A stretch of 64,000 nt of DNA from Octopus sinensis (Eukaryota). The notes under the pieces are model-generated. The model saw nothing but the letters and a program-made list of their open reading frames with translations, did no database searches and was not told the DNA's origin. Where the stretch lies: positions 29,078,001 to 29,142,000 of the forward strand of contig NC_043010.1 of NCBI RefSeq assembly GCF_006345805.1. The letters are read 5' to 3'. The stretch's first letter is position 1, and the number at the start of each line of letters is the position of its first letter. Positions 23,053 through 35,543 of the stretch are shown piece after piece. The position numbers were made by a program, and so were the translations under genes.

Positions 23053-23779
23053 AATAATACATGTGAGAAGAAGAATGAATTTAGCACAAATTTATTAGTT
23101 ACAGTTGTTTCGATACAACTTCGCTTCGAAAGCCATTGCACGCAAATTGGACGTAACACGTCTGGTTGGTTAAGGCGGCGAGCTGGCAGAAACGTTAGCA
23201 CGCCGGGCGAAATGCGTAGCCGTATTTCGTCTGCTGTTACGTTCTGAGTTCAAATTCCACCGTGGTCGACTTTGCCATTCATCCTTTCGGGGTCGATAAA
23301 TTAAGTACTAGTTACGCACTGGGGTCGATATAATCACCTTAATCCTTTTATCTGTCCTTGTTTGTCCTCTCTGTGTTTAGTCCCTTGTGGATAGTAAAGA
23401 AATAGATGTTTCGTCTGCCGCTACCTTCTGAGTTCAAATTCCGCCGGGGTCAACTTTGCCTTTTAATCTTTCGTGGTCGATAAATTAAGTACCAGTTACG
23501 CACTGGGGTCGATATATTCAACTTAATCCGTTTGTCTGTCCTTGTGTGTCCCCTCTGTGTTTAGCCCCTTTTGGGTAATAAAAAAATAAGAAACGTTAGC
23601 ACACCCAAAATGTTTAGCAGTATTTCCACCGTCATTACGTTCTGAGTTTAAATTCCGCCGGAGTCGACTTTGCCCTTCATCCTTGCGGGTCGATAAATTA
23701 AGTATCACTTATGTACTGGAGTCGATCTAATCGACTGGTCCCTACCTCAAAATTTCAGGCCTTGTGCCTAGGGCAGAAA

Positions 23780-25300
23780 AGACATTTTTCCTTCCAAATT
23801 TCGATGTGTTTTTGATTCTGCTGTGTGTGTTTGTGACGGCGTTGGTGATTGCGATGTTTGTAGCGTTGGTGTTGTCATCAGTGTGTCTGTGTTTGTTTTC
23901 TTTGGATTTCTCCCATTTTTCTGTCTCTTTCTTGTGTGTGTTTTTTCGCCTTTTGGGCTCCCCCACCTCATCATCACTTGGATGCGTCCGTGACTTGTAT
24001 GTTTTCTTCTGGTATTGTTTATTCTGGTTCTCTTGTAGTAGTTGTTGTTGTTGCTCCTGCTACAGTAGCTTCTGCCTCTGTTGCTGGTTCTACTGCCACC
24101 TTTACTGTAACGCCAGCCTGTTTTATCTTCTGGGTCCCATTTCTGCTTCTGTTCCCCTGCCTTTCTGTTGTTGTTTTGTTGTTGTTGTTGTTGTTGTTGC
24201 CGTTGTTCTTGTTTTTGTCGACGCATGGGTTGTGATACTTTCGTTTTGACATTTCTTTCTCTCTTTTTGTTCTGGTTCTGTGGGCAGTAAAACCTAAGTG
24301 GCCCGTTGAACCACAATCGTGACACCTCGGTCTTCTGCCTTCCACGTTCACCCTTAGTTCTGCTCCATTCGAGAGGGAAATCAGGTCTGAGACTTTCTCT
24401 AACTGCTCTGGCTTCACATGGAGATGAACCTCCAAGGTAGTCCCAACCCAATTCCCCCTCCTCGACCTTCAACATCAAGGAGATTCTCTCCGCCGTCCGT
24501 ACGAATACAGGCGAGAATCCACCATAAATCCAGCCCTGGTGAGACTCCAGGTACCGTAGTTCGTACCACCCTTCTTCCCATGTACGTTGGGAAGAAGACG
24601 ATTTCCTCGGTGCGACGCGTGGTCACCGAGCTCTGTATTGCATGCTTCCCAGTCTTAAAAAGGACCCCTACTCCGCCGTACTGCATCGCCCTCGTAATAT
24701 GGTGGATATCCTTTTATATCTCTTTCAAGGATTTTTTCACCTGGTCGCGTTTAGCATTTTCGAGTTTCGTTGTTTTTATGTTCACTCATATGTAGCCAAA
24801 TGTCCGTTTGGCTGTTGCTTCAAGCATGTCGCTTAGAGGCGTCAATTCTGCCCTCCTTCTATTCATTTTCATATATTTTTCTGCCTTATTTAGTTTTCTA
24901 CTTTTCTCTCTATTGTGGAGTTAACCAATTCTTTAGCTGTCGCGCAGAAGTTTCTTTGCCGCCGCTAACTCCTTTTTTTCTGTTTGGCTCTACGCTGTAG
25001 TTGCTTTCAATGTTATTTTGCGTGCTGCTCCAATTTCTATGTTACTCCTTCCTTTCGATTTCTTTCTGCTTTTCCCCTTCTTTCTTCTTTCCTTGACTCG
25101 TCACTTCTTTTTTTTCCTTCTTTTCTTCCTACTGTCTCCTGCCAGTCATGGGGGGGGGGGGTCCTCGGGCAATCTGCCGTATCACCTTCCTTCTTCACTC
25201 CCGCTTTTCATCACCATCTTCAATGTTTACTTTCTTCGAAGCAAATTTTCGAAGAAATTTGAAAACAAAAAAAAGGTTTGTATCACCTCAAAAGTGGGGC
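23780..25300 (-). mobile_element. L1/Tx1-like LINE 5' part (ORF1 remnant with zinc knuckle)
   Basis: VEGRRPRCHDCGSTGH knuckle, preceded by a frameshifted ORF1-like stretch (24414-24686) and followed by low-complexity basic sequence. Confidence 0.6.
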
Positions 25301-26816
25301 TTTGATTAACAAACGTCAGCCCTAAAGAAGGTCAGCTGGCTTGCAAAACAATTTAACTAACAAAATACAGTATAGAGCATTTTAAAACAAGTGAATTAAA
25401 CATAAACTTACAACGCTCCAAAAACACACATCCAGCTAGGTGATAATAATAATAATAATAATAATGATAATAATAATAATGATAATAATAATAATGATAA
25501 TAATGATCTTCTCGATGTTCTAGTTTCTCATGGATTAATATTTCCAAGATGATCCCACACCAGTCCTCCCTCCTGCTCCTTTTTATCTCTAAGAGTGGCT
25601 ATGAGTTCTGCACTGTACAGGCAACAATCCTCTAGACACTTACGCTCGGTAGCACGCCATTTACTCTAATTCTGGTCGTTCTCATTGAGAGGTAGGTAGG
25701 ATACAGGACCCACTCCTGAATCCACCGGGCTGACACTGCGTGTCTTCGCGTGAGGTCCTCACTTTTAAAGAGGACTTTAATGCTAGAAAACTGTCTCCCT
25801 CACTATATATAAGCCACACCATTAAAATTTCTCTGAGATCTTCTCCAAATGACTGATAGAGGCTATTTCAGCTCTCCTACTTTTTCGTGATATGCATCTG
25901 AAATATACTGACTTCTCTTTTGCTTCTATTATTTTGAGAGGTACGAGCCCTGCAGCCTTACCCCGCTCAAATTTAATGACGCCATTCGCTTTCAAGAGTT
26001 CACGAGTTTTGCTATTGAGTGGGATGGCAAACATTTCTCTCTCTGTGTTCGCTACATCAGCAAGCCTTTTATTTTTGTTATTGTTTTTGTTGCCGTCGAC
26101 GTTGCTGTTGTTGTTGCAGTTAGTGGTAGTGGTAGAGTTATGACCACTTCTACCGTCGCCCTTCTCACCACCACCCTCACCGCTATTTTCTTTCTCTCTG
26201 CCTTCAATGTTAGCATTATTTCTTATCCGCTAAAATCCGCTGCATTATTAACGTAAACGCTAGCTCTGCTACTACTGTCTCTGCAACCGATGCTGCTGCT
26301 GTTGCTGTTTCTCGCGTTGTTATTGTTATCACTACTACTACAGCTGCTGCCGCCGCCGTCACCGCTGTCATCGCTGCTGCTGCTGCCACTGCCACCGCTA
26401 CTGTTGTCGAGTTTGTCACTGCTGTTACTACGAAATGGACTTAGTACTTTTCACCCTTTCTTTTCTCACCCTCTCCTGTATTGTTGCCAGTAACGGAGAG
26501 AAGGGGAGAGAAATCTTCAACAGTCACTAGAGCTGTGGGAGAGGCAGATTTTCTCCTTAACTCTTTTAAAATGCAACTCCGCAATCTTGTTGAATAGTTT
26601 GTGATTAAACGTCCACCGAACTTATTTTATGGGCTGAATATGGCACAGCGAGAGGCCAAACAAACAGAAAAACCAGTGACAGGTACCTGGTGTTTCTATT
26701 AACAACTTGAAATAAAATGTAAAACGAAACAACCGCACCAAACTGGTGTAAACAAATGTTTTAAAAATGAACATACTTGGAGCGTTCGAAGACACGTCCG
26801 ATGTACCTAGCAGCAA

Positions 26817-26891
<75 letters not shown>

Positions 26892-27009
26892 CAACAACAA
26901 CATGATCTTCCAACCTCTTGTCTCTTGAGGTCTCTGGGTGAGACTTGGAGCCAACTTGTATAAATATAAAGCAAAAGTCAGACATAGAATAATAATAATA
27001 AATGCCCTG

Positions 27010-27555
27010 ATGCAGTTCCAGGCAGCGGCCCTCATGGCTTCTGATCTTAACTGATTGGAAGTGTTATCATGTACATCGTTTTGTCTTGGTATAAAAGATG
27101 GGCTACAGCAAATATTCTGCTCAATACCACAGATTTACTTGTCAGTTGTTTGACCATAACCAGTTGACCATGTCCTTTAGTGGTTGACGATATGTGCATT
27201 TCTGATCAGAAGCAGAAGTAGTGGGGGAGCATCATAGCCGTGTGTTGAAAGGAATTCTTAGAGGTTTGGATAATTCACCTTTGGAAACATGGGTGGTTAG
27301 TTTAACATCCTTAAACAATCCTTATTCAGGGACCTTTTGAGCGGGATGGGCTACTCGACTAGAAGAAAATTCTAACTGGGCCCCACCTGCAAGGTCATGT
27401 GCTGTTTATCTTGATATGAGATCACCATGTTGCGCACATATGGTTGTGATGCTTATGTCTGGTGTACCCTTATCAGACGGGTAGCCATGATGGGTATACA
27501 AAGCTTCGCATAGTTTACCCCAGTGTCACTTTGATGGCATGCACTGCTCTATCAC
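27010..27555 (+). mobile_element. Interspersed ~500-bp repeat (SINE-like); second copy at 54158-54640
   Basis: ctgatcttaactgattggaagtgttatcatg...gggccccacctgcaaggtcatg shared at high identity; both copies lie beside (AAT)n tracts. Confidence 0.85.
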
Positions 27556-27557
27556 TC

Positions 27558-27608
<51 letters not shown>

Positions 27609-27744
27609 CTTTTCTACTAAACACACAAAACCTGGTGAGAGGGGATTAGTCGATTACATCGACCCCAGTGTGTCATTGGTACGTAATTTATCGACCCCGA
27701 AAGGATGAAAGGCAAAGTCGACCTCGGCAAAGAAAAAGAAATAA

Positions 27745-29460
27745 ATAACCTTGGTGCTGAAAGAAGAATATCAGAAGAAATAAGCTCCCCGAACAGTGTA
27801 GTGTCAATACTTGACAGGAAAAGAAAAGGAGAATTCAAGAATTATCACAAATTTGAGACAGTTTAGAAGTAGTATTGTGTTGATATAAAAGGATCGAATA
27901 TCGTATTGAAGAATTAAAGCAGCACAAACTTGCCAAGAAAGCAAAGCTAAATTGGTTGAACGGATTAAACAATACCGGAAAAACCGATTGTTTAGAATCG
28001 ATCAAAAAAGATGTTATCAAGAAATTGATGGTGATACAGAATGCAAAAGTTTAATCCTTGATGCTGAAGAAAGTAAACAGTTTTGGTGTAAGATATTGAA
28101 GAAGCATGAAGAACACAATTCTGGAGCTGAATGGTTCTGTAGCCTGAAGCAAATAGCTTCTTAACCCCAGCAGGGAGGTTTTCATTTTAACTAAGAAATA
28201 TGAGCAAAAAGATGAGCAACTAGAAAGCAACAGGACCTGATGGTGTACAGGGTTGTTGTGGGTGCCATAAATTGATTGCAGAGAAATTTAATGCATTGGC
28301 CAAAAGAAGAGATCCCGAAGTGATTGACCAAAGAATGAACAGTGTTGTGCTTGAAGGATGTATTGAAAGGAAATGCTGCCGACAATTACAGTCCAATTTC
28401 TTGCCTTCTATTAATGTAGAATTTATTGTCAGGAGGGATTGCAGGAGAAATCTACACATTTATGTAATTTACATTATTTACATTTGACGGTGTTTGTTGT
28501 TAACACAACGTTTCGGCTGATACACCCTCCAGCCTTCATCATGTGTCTTGGGAGAAATTTCGAATCTGGGTTCTCATTCCTATGTAAATAATGTACATAA
28601 TTCCTAATATTTTAAAATATAGAACTGTATTATCTAATCGGTACGGAGCCAACATTAAACTTCAGTGGAGACATATAGAGAAATTCCATCAAAAACTACT
28701 TCGTCTTTCAAATCATCTAACTTTCTTGTGTAGATGTAGAGACTTAATACCTTAGGAATGAGAACCGAGGTTCGAAATTTTCCCAAGGCACTTGGTGAAG
28801 GCTGGAGGTTATATCAGCCGAAACGTTATGTTAATAACAAACAAGATGAGGACAAATATCCGTCAAATGTAAACAATGTAAATAATGTACATAATTCCTC
28901 ATCTCTTAAATATAGAACTGTAAAATCTACACATCTTTTGATGATAACATCTTAATGATGGAACAAAAGGGTTACAAGAGGAGATGCAGAGGTACCAAAG
29001 GCCAATTATTGATAGACAAAATGGTAATGCAAGATTGTAAGCGAAGGAGGACAAATTTGAGAATGGCCTGGATTGATTGCTGCAAAGCTTACAATGTAAT
29101 TATATGTTCATGCTTTGATTTGTTTGGAATTGCAAGGAATGTAACATATTTTCTGGAAAAGTATGGTGTGATGGAAAACTGAGTTGACATCTTACGGACA
29201 AAGCTTGGACACCCTGGGCATCAGGAGAGGGATTTTCCAAGGAGAGAACTTATCTCCAATGCGTTTTGCTCTTTGTATGATTCCCCTGACCTTTGGGCTG
29301 AGGAAAAGGAATTTCGGATATCAGTTAAAGGGAAAATCTCAAAGAATCAACAAGCTCCTCTTCATGGATGATTTGAAACTGTATGGCGAGGAGGAGGTAC
29401 AAGTGAGTGCTTTAGTAATCACAGCCCACTGTTTCAGTGCTGACATAAAGATGGAATTCA
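27745..29460 (+). mobile_element. R4/Dong-like non-LTR RT pseudogene, interrupted at about 28450-28925
   Basis: [73 protein letters not shown]. Confidence 0.85.
28465..28920. repeat. Inverted pair of PLE pseudo-LTR-like segments (28465-28582 vs about 28752-28880)
   Basis: taggaatgagaac..gaaggctgg..tatcagccgaaacgtt present in opposite orientations, with degenerate hammerhead cores (ATGATGA and TTGGTGA...GAAAC). Confidence 0.75.
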
Positions 29461-29913
29461 GATTCAGATTCTTTTTCGTTCCCTACCTCTACTCTAGTTG
29501 TTAAGAATACGACTCTCTCCCGTAATTCTTTCTTCCTTCTTATATTCTTATCTATTCATTTCTCTCTTTATCTACTTCCCCTTACCCGTATAATTCTCAA
29601 AATTCATTTATATTACAAGATCCTTTTGAATGAACAACACATGGAATAAATATCTGCATTTGAAATAACAACATATGAATTCTTATCGGACTTAACACAT
29701 CATGGACAAGAAGATTATTTACCCATTCTACACAACACATTTCTTGGATAACAGAACAGTATCTTTAACATCCAACATGTATTTTTATTTTCATACTTTC
29801 CTTTTATACTTTCTGTGTTATATCTAATTTCTTGTACATCTTTCCCTCTCCAGAACAACTTCTTATAAATAAATGATCTCTACTATTACCTTCTATTGAA
29901 GCTCTTTTAACTC

Positions 29914-29961
29914 GTCTCTGATGATGGAATATCATTTATTTCCCCGAAACAGCTGTAAGAC
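29914..29961 (+). ncRNA. Type-I hammerhead ribozyme motif (PLE-type minimal)
   Basis: GTCT-CTGATGA-[tggaatatcatttatttcccc]-GAAACAGCTGTA-AGAC: canonical core, stem I GTCT/AGAC, palindromic stem III ACAGCTGT. Stem II is imperfect. Confidence 0.7.
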
Positions 29962-30033
29962 AACCTTTCTATTTATAAATGTACTAGGAATATCAAATTG
30001 CCCTGGCCTTACCTTATTTAACATATTATATAT

Positions 30034-30092
<59 letters not shown>

Positions 30093-30199
30093 ATCCTCGG
30101 CGCGCGCTGGGGGCTTGGTCGGCCCCTTGGGCTTGCGTTGTATTGCTTGTGCGTTGTGTGCGTGAGCGCGCTTCGTGTGTGTGGGCTTGCTTCGGATGT

Positions 30200-31760
30200 G
30201 CGCGTGCGTATGTATGCATACATACCCACACACTCGCATGCATCCCTACCCACATACATACACGCATACCTACTCACACACACACATACACACACACACA
30301 CATACACACACACACACATACCCGCACACACACACACATACATACATACACACACATATCTACTTCAGACATACACACACACAGACATACACCCATACAC
30401 TCACACTCACACGCATACACACACACATACACACGCACACGTACACATACACACACACACACCTACATACATACATTACACTTGTACACACACACACTTA
30501 CATTCATACACACACACACCTACACAGCCATACCCTCACTCAGACACACACACCTACCTACACACACACACAAACACACACAGACACACACCCATGCATA
30601 CATACATCTACACACACACGCCTACACACATACATACACACATACATAAACACACACACATACACATACACACACATACGCACACACACATATACTTATA
30701 CACATGCACACACACACATACATACATACACCCATACACATACACACACACATACCTACATACTCCTATACGCACATGCATACACACAGACATACACACA
30801 TACACACTCACACAAACATACCCACACACATACTTACACACACACTCACCTGCACGCGCACACACATGCATGACAAACACTCATACACTCACACTCACAT
30901 ACGCACACACCAACATAAACACGCACACACACACACACACCTACACTCCCACACACATACACACGCACCTACATACACACACGCACGCATACACACGCAC
31001 ACACACGCATACACACATACATTACACACGTACACACACACCTACATACACATGCATACACACACACAAACATGCACGGACACACCCAGACATACATACA
31101 TACACCTATATACACACGCCCAGACACCTACATACACACACATATACACACGCCCACACACCTACATACACACACATACATACACACACATACACGGACA
31201 CACCCATACATACTTACATACATACACCTATACACACACGCCTACACACCTACATACACACACATGCATACACACACACATGTACGCACATACACACACA
31301 TATACGCACATACATATATACCCACACACATGCACACACACATACGCACATGCATGCATGCATGCACACGCGCACACCTACACGCATACACACACACACA
31401 CGCACGTACACATGCATACATACACACACACATACATACACCCATACACATACATGCATCCTACACACACATACATACACACTCACACATACATACATAC
31501 ACACACACTCACTCACACACCTGTATGTACGCGCACACACATGCACATACACACACTTCCACACACCCACACGTACATACATACACACTCATACACATAC
31601 ACACACACACACACACGGACATACATCTATGCACACACATATATACACACATACTCACATACATTCATCGGACACACTGACACCCAGACATACACACAGA
31701 CACACTCACACATCCACACACATACATACTTACGCGCATACTCGCAGGCGCGCGCACACA
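30200..31760. repeat. Long degenerate (CA)/(TACA) microsatellite tract
   Basis: About 1.5 kb of irregular CA/TA dinucleotides; source of the spurious HTHT ORFs. Confidence 0.9.
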
Positions 31761-32844
31761 CGCGCTTGCGCCGGTTCGCGCACGCATACGCGCTGCATGC
31801 ACCTCGCTCTTGGACCCGACGAGACCTCCCGCTCGTTCCTGGGACCGTCGTTTGTCGTTGGGTTTTCCCACGCCCGTCTCCGCGGGACCACTCTTCCATC
31901 TTCCCCTCAGCTGGAGTCCTTTTTCCTTAACCCCCCCCTTTTTTGTTACACACACGCGCACACATATACACACATTGCTTAAATATATACTTTACTCTTA
32001 CACACATTCAATCTACTCGCCATTAATACTACCACGACACTGGACACACACACACACACTACTACTCAACACACGCTGGCACGCTACATACGCCCCCACC
32101 CCTTCCCCTCCCTCCCTTCCTCCTTCCTTCTTTTTCTTACTACTGACCACTGTCTGCTATGCCTACTACTGTCTCGCCCTACCTCACACGCCTACACACA
32201 GACGCACACACTAACACATACATATATTTTTTGTTTTTTTATCTCGCCTCACACACACACATACACACACGCACACGCACACACTGACACATACACACAC
32301 ATCTGTTGCGTTACCAACCTTGTCTCCACTCTTTTGGCTTTAAAAACCTACTTTGCTCTTGTTATCGTAAACAACCGCCTTTCACCATGTGTAACTCGTA
32401 AACACCAGTCGTTTTTTTCTCTATCTCCTGTTGCCCGCTTTGGGATCTTTCTTTCCTCTCTCTTCCTTCTTTATGTTTCCAACGAAGAGCTCCGCTCGAA
32501 ACGTCATACCTTCCTGCTTCCATTTCCTGAGCGCCTATTAATAATAATACTGTAATTGTTCCATTGTTGTTGTTTTTTTGTTTTCCCGTTTGGATTAAAA
32601 TTATATATATATGTATATACATTACATATACATATATATGTGTGTGTGTATATATATATGTATACATATATATGCACATACACGCGCACACTCACATGTT
32701 TATATGTACGTATATATATATAGATATATGTATTTATGTATAAGTATGTATGTGTCTATCTTTTTCTTCTCTTTCCATATGTATATAATATACATCTCTC
32801 TCTCTATATATCTATCTATCTATCTATCTCTATATATATATAGG

Positions 32845-33240
32845 CTCAAACATGGTTGTGTGGTAAGAAACTTGCTTCTTAACCATATGGCTCCGGGTTC
32901 AGTTCTGCGTGTCACCTTGGGCAAATGCCCTCGACGATAGCCTCCGCCTCTGCAAAGTCTTCTACGTAGATTTGGGAGAAAGAAACTGAAAGAAGTCCGT
33001 TGCAAATACTTACACACACACACACACACGCACACATATATGTGTGTGTGTGTGTCTTTGTCTCCACCACAGTTTAACAACCGGTGTTCGAGTGTTTTTG
33101 TTCCCGTAACTTAGCAAAGAGACCGATAGAATAAGTACTAGGCTTAAAAAGAACTGGGATTAATCCATTCGACTAAAACTTCTTCAAGGCTGTGCCTCAG
33201 CATGGCCACAGACTAATGGATGAAACAAGTAGAAAGGTAT
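32845..33240 (+). mobile_element. SINE family A, diverged
   Basis: Head catggttgtgtggtaagaaacttgc..gggttcagttc, body gaaactgaaagaagtccg, tail ccgatagaataagtact. Confidence 0.75.
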
Positions 33241-33258
33241 AAAAACGTCAAAAGATAT

Positions 33259-33308
<50 letters not shown>

Positions 33309-33313
33309 TATAT

Positions 33314-33346
<33 letters not shown>

Positions 33347-33434
33347 TATGTCTGTTCGTTTTCCCTCCTTCAATTTTAAGCTGTTTTTAGAGTTTGTATG
33401 TCTAACTAGGTTTGCCTGTTTTCTTCATTTGAAG

Positions 33435-33928
33435 GGTTATTCGCTGTACCTGATAATGGTGTGACATCTTCTGGTGATTTACCTGGAACCAAGGAAATAA
33501 TAAGTACCAATAGCGTAACTGAAATACACACTAAACCACAAACCAGTTCTACAAGAGGAACCAGTGACAAAATTAAAACCACTGCAATAACACCAGCTTC
33601 TTTAGTGACGTCCACAGCACCCATGTGCTCTTGTGCTTGTGAACATGCGACACAACAGCCTCCCACCAAGAAGGAGTTGGAAATTCTTAAGGATAACTTA
33701 AAAAAAGAGCTTGCCGTGGATAAAAAGAAACTGTCCAAAACAATTCGAGCCAAAACTAGTGCCCCTGACGAACGACGATCGGCTCAAGGTATAGGATTTA
33801 TTGGTGTGATATTCCTATCTGCTGTACCTATCTTCATTATTATTATAGACTTCCCTCAACTCTGTGCAGGCATGAAAACTTTTTGCAGGAATGTTTCTAG
33901 CTTGTGTTCCAACAGAACACCACATTAG
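33435..33928 (+). CDS. Terminal exon: Thr/Ser-rich stalk, CSCAC, basic helix, SAPDERRSA motif, transmembrane helix, short tail
   Basis: Acceptor gttttcttcatttgaag, phase 1, open to TAG. TM segment GIGFIGVIFLSAVPIFIIIIDF. Pattern recalled from many uncharacterised molluscan membrane proteins. Confidence 0.88.
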
Positions 33929-33943
33929 ACTTGCAATGAGGAA

Positions 33944-34003
<60 letters not shown>

Positions 34004-34285
34004 AGAAACACACACACACGCACACACATGCACACACACGCACGCACATAGACACACAAACACACAATCTGTATATATATATATATATATAAAAGAGAGA
34101 TTCTGTCTGTTTGTGTGCTGTTCTTTTGTTTGTCCACCAAAATGAAAGTAAATAGTTCAAGGGAAGCTATTATGTATGTGTATCTATTTATTATTATATT
34201 ATATTATATTATTATATATATTATTTGTTCGTTCACGTCTAGGCTACGAAAGATCTTTGGTCGTAATTATTCTTAACAGTATGTA

Positions 34286-34369
34286 ATTCCTGACGAAGAA
34301 TCTAATTTCATGAAGAGTTTTTCGTTTTTGTCTTTGGAATTAATTAGACGCCGAAACAATTTGTAGAAT
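34286..34369 (+). ncRNA. Type-I hammerhead-like motif with enlarged stem II
   Basis: ATTC-CTGACGA (34290-34296); TCTAATT/AATTAGA helix; GAAAC (34353-34357)-AATTT-GTA-GAAT. Stem I ATTC/GAAT; stem III ACAA-T-TTGT. Confidence 0.6.
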
Positions 34370-34599
34370 GTATATTGGTTCTGTACCATCTTGGATTATG
34401 AATTGAATTAAAGTTCGTCTACACTTACAATTTTTCCTTTCCTTATACTTCATTTACTGTTTTTGCAAATACTGAATATATATATTTTTATATATATTCT
34501 TTACTTGGTCTGTACCGGCGGAGTTGGATGTTTGACATCCCTCTGAAGGATTTCGGTCCTCACCTCTTTTATTATATATATATATATATATATAAATAT

Positions 34600-35400
34600 A
34601 TATATATGAGAGAGAGAGAGAGAGATTCAGTCCGTTTGTGTGTTTGTTCGTTTGTTTGTCCACCAAAATGAAAGTAAATGATTCAAGGGAGCTATTATTA
34701 TTATGCTCCTTTTATATCTCTTATTATGCTATTTCCTAATTTTTCTCAACAAGAATTATGCAATTCTCCTAGGGCATACGGCCTATTCAAAAGAAACTGT
34801 GATAAATGGGTCTTTCACTTCCCCTGTGGTCTTCTCAGTGCCATCACACAGTCACCTGAATTCCGTAAAGCTATTCTTCTATATGATACACCCATTTTTC
34901 TAGCTTCTCGGCCCGAAAAACTGTAAAAGTAATGATCCGATTAACAACGGGTATTACTACTAGTATATACATATCTATTATATAAAATCCGTTCTGTCTG
35001 TCTGTGTGTGTATCTTCTAGGATCTCGGGCATTTTCCATCGGATTGCGCTCAAATTTGATATGTAGATACCGACTGTATTAGGGCGTGTATAAGTCTTGA
35101 AAAAATTACAAAAATCGATTCCAGGTGAGAATGCGATCGATAAAGCCGTGGAAACGTGCATTTGTACGCGCAAGTATATCAGTTGTTACGATCGATAGTA
35201 CGCGTACGCGAGAAAAATGCACGTGCAGTTTGCGCAAAAAAAGCCGACTGGCTTGAAAGAATGCCACATAATGCCGTATATTTAAGAGACCAAAAAAGTA
35301 AGATGGAAAAGAGATATTTTCTTCAAACTTGGCATGAAGGAAGGAAAGACTATTTGGTTTCTCGAGAATTTTTTTTTTGCTTTAACTTCGTTTAACAAGA
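34600..35400 (+). mobile_element. Tandem non-autonomous Helitron-like pieces
   Basis: Hairpin plus CTAG at 34935-34963, immediately followed by a TC-start tctattatataaaatccgttctgtctgtctg at 34974. The 5' segment is duplicated near 34090-34170. Confidence 0.5.
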
Positions 35401-35543
35401 CCAAAAATGTTATTGAAATAAAGGCGTGCTTAATTACTTTTTAATGAAAAGAAAATACTGATTTCTTTTTATTCAGCAGATATGATTCAGCACCGTCCAT
35501 TGGATGGAGGGCGGCGTTTTGCTCGTACATATATATATATAAA

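Larger units (their letters stand above)
15994..23240 (+). repeat. Tandem segmental duplication, about 15994-18500 vs 20613-23240 (offset about 4.65 kb)
   Basis: Collinear near-identity covering the exon A/B pair, introns and the downstream SINE. Copy 2 begins right after a Helitron 3' end at 20612. Confidence 0.95.

Noticed and set aside
25822-26250. About 135-codon open minus-strand frame ending MFAIPLNSK..EKF
   Set aside because: Low-complexity start and no recognisable motif; possibly a decayed LINE ORF1, but not supportable.
30138-31982. 614-aa His/Thr-rich ORF and overlapping ORFs
   Set aside because: They are translations of a degenerate (CA)n/(TACA)n tract, open in several frames on both strands, with no domain signal.
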